From positions 52,823 to 116,822 of the forward strand of contig CAXHJY010000214.1 in the NCBI GenBank assembly GCA_964016885.1: a DNA stretch of 64,000 nucleotides, in the 5' to 3' direction. The translations under genes were made by a program, and so were the position numbers. Shown piece after piece: positions 25,917 to 36,197 of the stretch (positions within the stretch are counted from its first letter, which is position 1; the number at the start of each line of letters is the position of its first letter). The notes beneath the pieces were generated by a model. That model saw only the letters and a program-made list of their open reading frames with translations, searched no databases and had not been told where the DNA came from. The stretch is from Eledone cirrhosa (Eukaryota).

Positions 25917-25920
<4 letters not shown>
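22741..25920 (+). mobile_element. Penelope-like element 2: RT + C-terminal GIY-YIG, long 3' region with hammerhead
   Basis: Open frame 22741-24329: YRDDML RT, CNCRDRSKCP linker, IVYNC..YVGSTSTEFKLRYNNH GIY-YIG, CDLC..CCKH. Ends at a (TA)n tract. Confidence 0.93.
25813..25878 (+). ncRNA. Minimal type-I hammerhead ribozyme motif (PLE 3' pLTR)
   Basis: tattttgt-CTGATGA-aggcatagcatatt(gtt)aatatgatatcccc-GAAA-TATATATA-atgaaata; 1.5 kb downstream of the PLE ORF on the same strand. Confidence 0.75.
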
Positions 25921-25949
<29 letters not shown>

Positions 25950-25951
<2 letters not shown>

Positions 25952-26295
25952 AGGCACATGGCTTAGTGGTTAGAGCATTGGCCTTGCAATCGAAAGGTTG
26001 TGTTCAATTCTCAGACCGGGCGATGTGTTGTTTCCTTGAGCAAGGCACTTTATTTCACATTGCTCCAGTTTACTCAGCTGTAGAAATGAGATGATAGGGA
26101 CCGGGGTCCCTATCATTCCACTGCAAAGTGGTCGTGGAGGTGCCACAGCAAAAAAGCACCCAGCACTCACTGTAAATGAGGTTGGTGTTAGGAAGGGCAT
26201 CCAGCTGTAGAAATCAAGCCAGAATCAGTTCCCGTCCCACCCTCACAAGCAGGGAAAAGTGGACGTAAAATGAAATGATGATGATGAAATGATGA
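25950..26295 (+). mobile_element. SINE family A, full length
   Basis: Near-identical to 35222-35560. Confidence 0.85.
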
Positions 26296-26319
26296 TATAT
26301 ATATGTAAATGTATATATA

Positions 26320-26810
26320 TGTGGGAGCAAAGATTGAGAACACAGAGGATGATGTGGTGGAGAGGAAGAGCAAAGCCTTGGCAGTGTGTCACAGTTCGAG
26401 GTCAGTATGGAAGTTGGACCTTCATAAAGATCTGAAGATCTATCTCTTCATCGCTACAGTGGAGTCTGTGCTGCTATTCGGGTCTGAGACTTGGACTCTG
26501 ACCAAGAGACTCACTCAAATGGTGGATGGGTGCTACATGAGAATCCTGAGGATGGCTCTGAACATTAATCAGTATACACTGAGGATGAAGAACTCAGAGC
26601 TGTACGGGAGCCTCCCAAAAGTCAGCTTGAAAGTAACACAGAGGTGACTGAGGTTAACTGGACAAGCTCACCAACATTCAGAGTTGACACTGCACTCAGT
26701 GGTCAAGTGGGAGCCCCCACATGGACACACTAGAAGAGGGAAACCGAGGTTGATGTATATTGATGCCCTAAGGACAGACACTGGTCTCTGGGAGATGCAG
26801 GACATGGCTC
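26320..26810 (+). mobile_element. Degenerate RTE-like LINE 3' fragment
   Basis: VESVLLFGSETWTL..DGCYMRILRMALNI; WEPPHGHTRRGKPRL. Confidence 0.75.
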
Positions 26811-27635
26811 AAAATGGCACGGTCCAGCCCCACACCGCAAACAAGGCTCATGGGAGGGCCACGAGGGTTTCATCACAGTCATCCAGTGCAGTGCTCCAGA
26901 ATTAAAATGTGATCTCATGAAGGGTTCATCATGTGGAGAGTGCCCAGCTCCGAAACAGATGTGCCACCGCGGGAAGGGTTCGGTGCGGCCAAATTGGCCT
27001 GTCTGTACTCATAGTGGAGGGTGCAGCATGACCAACTGACCTGTCCCTCCTCATAGTGGTGCCATCCAGTCCCAGGCTCCCAAAATGTGGTTTTGTATTG
27101 AGAAAGGTCCGTCACATGGAGAGTACCTGGCTCCGAAACTGGGGCGTAATTGTAAGAAGGGTCCGGCACAGTCAACTGGCCTGTCCCTCCTCAAGGTGGC
27201 ATAATCCAGTGCCGGGCCCGAAACCGTGGTTCCACTGTGAGATGGGTTTGCCGCAAGTCCCAGGCTCTAAAATATGGTTTCATACTGAGGTTTCGTTGCG
27301 TGAAGAGTACCGGCCCGAAACTGGGGTACCACTGTGAGAGGGGTTTGGCACGGCCTGTCCCTTCTCATATGGTGTCATCCAGTGCTGGTCTCCAAAAGCT
27401 GTGTTCCTGCTGTGAGCCAGGCTACCATACTGTGGTTCCGCACCTATCCTTCCTCAAAGCAGTATCATCCAGTACTGTGCCCTAGAAACTGTGGCTATGA
27501 TGTGAGATGGGCCAGGCTCCTCGTATCGGTGCCTCCCAGTATCAGGCTCCTGTGAGATGGGTTAGGCTCCAAAACTGTGGTTCCCTTGTGAGACATGTCC
27601 TTCCTCATGACGGAGCCATCCAGTCCCACACTATA
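26810..27635. repeat. Degenerate GC-rich minisatellite-like region
   Basis: Recurrent CCATCCAGT, CTCC..AACTGTGG, CTGTGAGATGGG and GGCCTGTCC motifs. Confidence 0.55.
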
Positions 27636-27771
27636 AATGTGGTTGGTGTTAGGAAGGACACCCAGCTGTAAAATACCCGGCCAAATTTACAGTCCTAGAA
27701 AGGTGTGACATGGCCAACCATGGCCACACTTGCCTCCTGGCATGGTTGACCCATCTAACCCATGCAAACAT

Positions 27772-28358
27772 GGAAGAATTGACACTGAACATAGTATCTA
27801 GAATTAGGACAGGTTGGAAGAAGTTTAGGGAGCTGCTTCCTCTGTTGACAAAGAAGGGTTTCTCCCTGCGTACGAAAGGACGGTTATATGATGCCTGTGT
27901 GAGATGCGCGATGTTGCATGGTAGTGAGACATGGGCAGCAACTGCAGAAGATATGCGACGGCTGGAGAGAAATGAAGCAAGCATGCTCCGTTGGATGTGC
28001 AATGTCAATGTGCGTGAACAACCAAGCATAGATGAGTTAAGAAAGAAACTGGGTATAAGAGGGATAAGTTGTGGTGTGCAGAAGAGAAGACTGAGATGGT
28101 ATAGACATGTGATGCGCATGGAGGATGACCACTGGCTAAAGAAGTGCCAAGAAATCCCAGTAGAAGGAAGACGCAGTAGAGGTAGACCACGAAAAACATG
28201 GGCGGAGGTGGTGAGAGCAGACCTCAGATCGCTGAAACTCACAGAGGAGATGACGAAGGACCGTGACAAGTGGAGAGATGCTGTGCTGAATAGGACCCGT
28301 CCAACCCTTGCAGGCAGGGAAAAGCGGATGTAAAATGACGATGATGATGATGATGATG
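27772..28358 (+). mobile_element. RTE LINE 3' fragment
   Basis: RIRTGWKKFRELLPLL..MLHGSETW..RLRWYRHV..GRPRKTW; ends CCCTTGCAGGCAGGGAAAAGCGGATGTAAAATGACGATGATG. Confidence 0.9.
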
Positions 28359-28449
28359 GGAGGTTTGCCCCAAAAGTAAGGGTACTGGTGTTTTATTTAA
28401 ATGTATATTAGACGCACATGAAATTACAAGTAATCTCATTTAAAATGTG

Positions 28450-29090
28450 ATCTTTAGGAAGTCACACAGTGGTTCCAATATTTTTTCCATTGATCATAGC
28501 AGTACCAGAAGACATTTTTTGTGGGTGTCCTTAGCTCGTTGGTTACAATTTTTTGTATGTTTTCCAGTCACAAAATGATGGCCCTTCAACTTCGATTTCA
28601 ACTTAGGGAGTTAGATTAGGTCTGTAGGGAGGATAGGGATGAGTGGGAATGCTTTCCTTTAACCGCTCACACCACATTCCCATTTTGTTTGTTTGTTGAT
28701 GAGATTAGCCTTCCAGACTGAAATTCATCTTCACTATTTTCTCAGCCCTCTTTGAAACCTTAGTGCTACTTAAAAACCTTACTCTTTGATAGAGTGGCAT
28801 CACTATAAGCTTGTGTTAAAGAATTAAATGTTTTGGTGACAGATTTGTTGAGTTTCACACAAAATTTGATCGTTTACCGTTGTTCAATATTTTCCTGCAT
28901 CGCTCACAGGTTATAAACACATCTGTACATAAACAGCAAAAACGCACAACTGACTCAATCGATCATGTTGAAACAAGTATGTACATGCAGCCAACGTCGT
29001 AACCAACATGCCCATATGCATCAATGAGGTGCTGTGTTATCATGTCGTACATAGGAAAATCAGTACTTACTTTTAGGATAAACCTCATAT
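28450..29090 (-). mobile_element. Decayed mariner-like element end
   Basis: Terminal TTACTTTTAGGATAAACCTCATA; reverse strand near 28700-28770 gives a decayed FQEG.E..EDE..SGR HTH-like motif. Confidence 0.45.
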
Positions 29091-29135
29091 ATATAATGTA
29101 GACCATAATTGAAAAAAATAAAACTGTATTCTTAC

Positions 29136-29210
29136 ACTTGATATTCTTTCTAATTCATTGAAATATGATAGTTTATTACTGATATTTTCTGCAGTGTTCA
29201 TCAAACTAGA
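29136..29210 (-). CDS. COG3: COG3 exon 5
   Basis: cag|SSLMNTAENISNKLSYFNELERISS|gtaaga; 75 nt; KLSYFNELE motif. Confidence 0.95.
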
Positions 29211-30030
29211 CTGAAATGAAAATAAAAATAAAGGATATAAATAAATTGCAAGAATTTTAGTGCTGTAAGGAAATACAAAATTTATTAGTATGAATAGACA
29301 ATTCTTCTTTCACACACACATACATCATCATTTCATTTCATTTTACGTCCGCTATTCCCTGCTTGCAAGGGAACTGAAATAAATACATATTTTTACTTTA
29401 TATATATACACACACATATGTGTATATATATAATCCTCATGACTCAACACTTACACTCCCTCCACATGACTGAATTCCTACTTCTTTGTCCAACCCCACC
29501 AATATGGAAAGCCATGTTCATCTGAAATGTCTAGCCTCTGAAGATGACAACCAGTCTAACCCATATAAGCATGAAAAATAGATGTAAAACTGTGATGATG
29601 ATGCATTTTAATATCCGTTTTCCCTGCTAGCAAGGGTTGAATGGGCCTACATAGACCAAGTCAGTGGTCCTTCTACTGCAGATACTATCTGCTGGTCACA
29701 AATCCTAGCCAAAAGATGTGGATTTGAAAGCAGAAAGCATAAAGTCACATCAGATGCCCTAAAACATCTCGTCCAACTCTTTAACAATTCTGTCAATTCA
29801 CCACCCTTGGACTAGTATTAAATTTTTCAACCCTGACTGAATGAAAGGCAAAGTAGATATCAGCAATATTTTAACACAGAGTGCAGAGAGCCAGTACAAA
29901 TGCTAAGACATTTAAACTGACACTCCAAAGACTGCCAATTCACTGCTTTCAAGTAAAACTCAGAAAGAAAATTAATAAACAAACATGATAAGAAACAAAA
30001 GCTCAATGCAAATATAAGTATTAAATTTAC

Positions 30031-30196
30031 CTGTTCTGCAAGCAAATGTTCACAGGCATCATGAAGAGCATTAGTTTTAAAAGATACTAAGTTATACTGG
30101 TGTTGTAGATTATTAAGGTAATCAAGGGCATCAGTGACTTCTTGTAATACATCACAGCACTGCTTTCTGTAGTTCTCAAGTTCTGTTATATAATCC
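30031..30196 (-). CDS. COG3: COG3 exon 4
   Basis: cag|DYITELENYRKQCCDVLQEVTDALDYLNNLQHQYNLVSFKTNALHDACEHLLAEQ|gtaaat; 166 nt; Sec34 domain. Confidence 0.95.
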
Positions 30197-30861
30197 CTGT
30201 ACAGAATATTGAAAATAACAATAAATCTAAAGAAAATCAAGCAGCAATTGTGTTAGGGATAAACATTATCATGACTATTTCATAAAATTAATATATATGG
30301 GTGAGTGGCCAAGAAGGTCATTTTACAATTATGAGGTTCTGGTCATTGCATGACATCTTGAAAAGTGTCTTTTACCATAACCTAGACAGAAACTGCATGG
30401 GAGCTGTGTAATAATACTAATGTAGCATATTCTGACTCCTATGCTGTACTCTACTCAACTATACAATGCACAGCAGCATGATCCTCGAACAGTTGGATAT
30501 TCATCAAGAGGTGTGGTCTTCAAATATTCAACAAGCAATTTTTAAACTACATGTAAACTTACATTTCATTACTACCAGTGGCTTTTCCTAATTTTTTTTT
30601 CAGATCATACATAGGCGTCTCTACCCAGATCTTCACCTCTTCAGAAGTCAATATTTTGCCATGTATTTTTTCTAATTACCAATATCCACTTTTCCAAATA
30701 CAGAGTTAGCAGCATTAATTTTACAAATTTCAACCATTTGTCTTATATGGTCCACACAAGACAGTTGCTTTCCTCCATATTAAGACATAATAAAATATAA
30801 ATAATAATTTAAATGTTGTACTGCTAATCCATGAGGTGTTGACATTTACATCAAAAGAAAT

Positions 30862-31110
30862 CATTATCATTGTTTTTACGTCTGTTTGTCCATACTTGCA
30901 TGGGTTGGACAGGTTCTTCTCAGCACAACATCTCTCCACTCACCACATTTCTTTGTTATTTCCTCTGTAAGTCTCAGCAATTTGAGGTCAGTTCTCACCA
31001 CCTCTGCCCAGGTCTTTCTCGGTCTACCTCTATTGCAGCTTCCTTCCACTGGCATTTCCGGGCATTTCTTCACCCATTGATCATCATTCATGTGCATCAC
31101 ATGTCCCTAT
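30862..31110 (-). mobile_element. RTE LINE extreme 3' fragment
   Basis: VEGSCNRGRPRKTWAEVVRTDL; paralogous to 28110-28340. Confidence 0.8.
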
Positions 31111-31402
31111 CAATGCAGAATACCCCCAATTCTAACAATATACTAATATTCATTAATTCAGTGATTAAGTACAGCTTTCTAATTGTACAACCTCTTGTTT
31201 TCACTGGCTGGCTTTCATTTCTGAAAAGAATAACAGATCCAAACAGTACTGGAATACAACTTGTACATATTTCTTCATCTCAGTCAACACTTTAGTTTAA
31301 GATAACCGTTTGCCTTTCAATCTGCAGACCCATTCAAACTAAAAGGTAGATATTAAGAGAAGTGTGATGGGGAAAAAATAATAATAAATAACATAAGCAT
31401 AC

Positions 31403-31464
31403 CTATATGGTACTTCTTCCTCTTTTGAAATATTTTCTTCAATACTTGCAAACCATGAAAAAAA
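31403..31464 (-). CDS. COG3: COG3 exon 3
   Basis: tag|FFSWFASIEENISKEEEVPY(R)|gtatgc; 62 nt; FFSWFA motif of COG3. Confidence 0.93.
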
Positions 31465-31579
31465 CTAGAAATTAAAATTTAAAAAAAAATCATAAAAGTT
31501 GTAAAACAATAAATTTATAAATAAGATAAATATTCATTAAATATGATGACATGGTAAAGTGATAATTATGGTGCCATGA

Positions 31580-31860
31580 TAAAAATCACCCATTCCACAC
31601 TGTAAAGTGGTTGTGTAGGTGTCACGACAAAAAGCACCCAGTTCATACTGTAAAGTGGTTGTGTAGGTGTCATGACAAAAAGCACCCAGTCCACACTGTA
31701 AAGTGGTTGTGTAGTTGTCATGACAAAAAGCACCCAGTCCACACTGTAAAGTGGTTGTGTAGGTGTCACGACAAAAAGCACCCAGTCCACACTGTAGAGT
31801 GGTTGTGTAGGTGTCACGAAAAAAAGCACCCAGTCCACACAGTAAATGTGGTTGGCATTA
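31580..31860. repeat. 48-bp tandem repeat, about 6 copies, derived from a SINE internal segment
   Basis: Unit AAAAAGCACCCAGTCCACACTGTAAAGTGGTTGTGTAGGTGTCACGAC; seen as a 16-aa period in the ORF track. Confidence 0.9.
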
Positions 31861-34334
31861 GGAAGGGCATCCAGCCATAGAAACTAAACCAGAAACAATT
31901 CTGTATGACCAAGACATAGTACCTGACCTGACTTGCCTCAAATGGGACAACCCATCTAACCTATGCCAGCATGGAAAATAGATGTTAAACAATGATGATG
32001 ATGAGTAAACCTTCTCCACTAAACTTGAATATACGGGCATGATCACTCTTTAGTAACTATACCTGTTCAAAACCAACTTCCTCCTACATCATTCTTCAGT
32101 AACTATTTCCAGCCTACTCTCCATCATCACTCTACTATTTAGTAACTATCTCAAGCCTGCCCCCTCCCAATCATCACTCTTTAGTGACTATTCCCAACAT
32201 CCCAATAACCCTATACTCAATCCAAGATTGCTCCTATTTCTACCCAACTCTTTCTTCTCCCCCACATCCCCCCATTTGTCATACACCCACGAATTCTTAC
32301 TTTCCATCCTTCTTACACTCATCTCATCCTCATAACATAAACATGTCTGCTTTAAGACAAGGCACTCCTTACCCACAGAGTAAAGAGTGCTCTTTAGTCA
32401 TATCACAGACAACATCCTCCCTAGTGCTGGTGCCACAATAAAATGCTCCTAGTAAACCCAGTAAAGCAGTTGGTGTTAGGAAGGTCATCCAACCATGGGT
32501 TGGCAGAACTCTTCAATTGTGTCAAGGACAAGGCAATCTTCCAGGTGCTATGATAAAATGCACTCTGTACAATCTGTAAAATGGTTGTAGATAGGAAGGG
32601 TATCTAGTTGTAGAAACCATACCCAAACTGGAATGTATGTAAATGAAATGTGTCACCAACCTACCACCCATCTTGGAAGACAATAATTCCAAATAATTAC
32701 CGCCATGTTCTTATAACAACCCATCCAACCCATTCCAGCATGAGCTAAGGGACCTCTGACATTTTACCATCTAAATTAAGAAGCTGGATCAAACAGCTTT
32801 TGAAAATGTAAATAAATATCATGTGAAGCTCAAACTTTTGAACCACTGAACAAATAAATTTATAGATGTAGGATGCTCAAGTGCAGAAAATAACAGCAAT
32901 TACAGGCAGTTGTTATAAAATAGCTAATAAGAATCAAGTAAAGACCCTTAGAGATGGAAAAAGAAGTTCCTAGTGGCCACTATGAGGAATCGAACTTCAT
33001 ATCTCTCAGATACAGGCTGAGTACTCTCACCATTAAACTAAGGGATCTCTGACATCTTACTATCTAGATGAAGGAGTTAAATCAAACAGCTTAGCACAAT
33101 GGTGAGAGCACTCAGTTGGTATCTGAGAGATACAAAGTTCAATTCCTTATAGCAGCCATTAGCAACAGCTTTTTCTGTCTCTAAAGATCTTTACCCAATC
33201 TTCATAGGCTATTTTATAACAACTGACTGGAATTACAGTTATTTTTTATACTTCAGCATCCTACATTTCTATAAATTAATCTCCTCAGTGTTTGAAAGTT
33301 AAAGCTTCACATACAATGTTTAATAACATTTTCAAAAAGTTTTATTCCTAATAGTGGCTGCTGGAAACATTGTTTTCTGACTCGAAAGGTTTTATAAGCT
33401 ATTTTATAGCAACTAGCACTTGTACCTAAGATGTCATCATCATCAACATTTGTACGTCGACCTTTCCATACTGACACGGGTTGAACAGGACTTTTTGAAG
33501 CAATGTTTTACAGCTGAATGCCCTTCCTGACACCAACCCTTTTAGTTAGCTGTTACAACACATGCAAGGATATGGTGTACTTATTCTAAAATTGATATAT
33601 ATGTCATTGTTATAAAATTAAAACAAAATTTTATATTGGAAAATAGCTGAATTAAGATGGTTTGTTGACAAAAATCAGAAGTTAAAATCTATCATTGAAC
33701 ATTTAAATGAGGTAAATTAATATATTTGTCAATCAATTGAGTTGAATAGTTAGAATAAAAGATGAATTAATGAACATTCTGAAAATGAAGATAAGTAAAT
33801 AACAGTTTGAGGGTGTTCAAATAAAAGAACATTGAACTTGATAGGAAAATGAAAACATCATCTTCAATTATAGATCTAATGGGATTAATGTGCAAACATT
33901 GTGGTGTACACCTAGGCAACATATATAACTATATTTGCATGGCTGGCAAACAAGTTTTACCCCCACTTCACTGTCTAGTGGTTAGCATAAAAAAAGTGCA
34001 TACAGATGTAAAAATCTATAAATATGCAAACCAGACCATCAAACCTAGCATTGTAAAATAGATATAAGAGAAAGATTCACAAAACAATAATAGATAAAAC
34101 TGCATTATTTTACTTACTTATGAACAACTAATGATGAACAGATACTGGGACAAGGATCAAATACAAACAGTCAATCAATAAGATTCATACAGATCATTAC
34201 GTCCAAAACAAATTAGCATTTCAATAAACCTACTTCAAAATTCCTTAACTTCAGATTGTTTTCAATTATAATTTTTAAAAAATATCTCCTGAGAGAAAAT
34301 TTACTCAGGCTGGGAATCGCCATTCAAATCATAC

Positions 34335-34460
34335 CTGTTGAGCATTTTCAATTTTTTCATCTAGTTCTGAAACTTTAGGTGAAACAATTGAACCTGGGAA
34401 CTGAGTTGCTTGGTCATCTCTGACAGAGAGATGTGCAGTAGGAACATCATCCAGAGGCAG
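34335..34460 (-). CDS. COG3: COG3 exon 2
   Basis: cag|LPLDDVPTAHLSVRDDQATQFPGSIVSPKVSELDEKIENAQQ|gtatga; 126 nt; matches COG3 LPIED...IETAQQ. Confidence 0.9.
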
Positions 34461-35221
34461 CTGTAACAAAATTGCATAGATATTTAATTGGGATACTATA
34501 AGAAAGATTATGAATGTAAATTACGAAAAAATACATTAACATTAACAACAAATTAAGGGTACCTAATTTCCTAAATGCCCAATTTTAACCTTTAAACAAT
34601 CTGCTTGAAAATGATTTACTGAAGAGTTCAAATTTAAATTCAAATCTTGGATCAAAATTTCATTACATATAATCCTAGATTTCTTTTATTATTAAGTTGA
34701 AAGTTAGAAATATGGTCACATAAACAGCACAATAAAAAGCACCCCCTCCACTCCACTCTGTAAATGTGGTTGGCATTACGAAACTCATCCAGCCATAGAA
34801 ACCAAGCCAAAATTAGTCCAGTATGAGCAAGATTGTAAAGAGCCGGAACAAATACTGCAAAGCATTTTGTCCAATGCTCTAATGATACTGCCAACTGACC
34901 ACCCTTTAAAAGTAGTTAAATAATGACAAATGTACCATTGAAGTCAATAAAAGTGTGAAGTGTAAAAACTAAACTACTTCAAATAATTTCGATAAAAATG
35001 TATAGTAAATAATTTCTTTAGGTATTATCAATTGTTAAAATCTATATATAAATTTCTGCAATTCTGTCACAACACATAAAGAAAGAGGAGTAGTTTGACT
35101 ACCTCATACTACTTCTCTCTCTTTACATCTGCTACCTGTGCGAATGTGTGTGTATTTTTGTGTGTCTATGTTTGCACATTTATATTTATATACTCATACA
35201 TATAAATGTATGCATATGCAT

Positions 35222-35560
35222 GGAGGCACATGGCTTAGTGGTTAGAGCATTGGCCTTACAATCGAAAGGTTGTGAGTTCAATTCTCAGACCTAGTGATGT
35301 GTTGTTTCCTTGAGCAAGGCACTTTATTTCACATTGATCCAGTTTACTCAGCTGTAGAAATGAGATGATAGGGACTGGGGTCCATATCATTCCACTGCAA
35401 AGTGGTCGTGGAGGTGCCACAGTAAAAAAAGCACCCAGCACTCACTGTAAATGAGGTTGGTGTTAGGAAGGGTATCCAGCTGTAGAAATCAAGCCAGAAT
35501 CAGTTCCCGTCCCACCCTTGCAAGCAGGGAAAAGCGGACGTAAAATGAAATGATGATGAT
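35222..35560 (+). mobile_element. tRNA-derived CORE-type SINE with RTE tail (family A), full length
   Basis: A box TGGCTTAGTGG, B box GAGTTCAATTC, CORE-like CCTTGAGCAAGGCACTTTA, tail CCCTTGCAAGCAGGGAAAAGCGGACGTAAAATG(ATG)n. Confidence 0.85.
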
Positions 35561-36197
35561 GCACATACACATACGCACATGCATATACACATATGCATCA
35601 GCGTATGGAAAACGATTCTAGTAAGAAAAAAATTTACTAACTACTTGAAGCTGCAATCATTCTTACTACAAGATGAGATATTGTGTGTCAAGAGCAGTAG
35701 TGATGTGTTGTTTTGCCAATTCATCTAAAGTGGTGGTGTAGGTGACAACAAAAAGCACCCAGTCCACACTGTAAAGTGGTCATGTTGGAAATACGGTAAA
35801 AAGGCTCCCAGTCCACACTGTAAATGTGGTTGGTGTTAGGAAGGGCATCCAGCCATAGAAAACCTGTCAGAAACAGTTCTGTATGACCAAGACATAGTAC
35901 CTGACCAATCTTGCCTCAAGTGGGACAAACCCGCCCAAACCATGCTAGTGTGGAAGGTGGACATTAAACGATAATGATGATGATGATATATAGCCATATG
36001 TAGTTTACAGCTGAAAGAAAAAGTACTCAATACAAAGTAGAGTTTAAATATTCATTTTATTAAGGTTAAATAGTGAGTCTTGTTACTCTGGATTTTCGTC
36101 TGCTTCTCATAAGGTCATCAGACAAGATGATCCAGTGATAAACAGGCAAATCTCCAGAGTAACAAGACTCACTATTTAGCCTTGATAAAATGAATAT

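Noticed and set aside
35222-35295. tRNA gene calls at SINE heads (also 25950 and 33090)
   Set aside because: A/B boxes continue into SINE bodies and no convincing cloverleaf forms.
36097-36122. Other CTGATGA hits (36115-36121 minus, 17932, 48692) as hammerheads
   Set aside because: No pairing stem II / GAAA / stem I arrangement.
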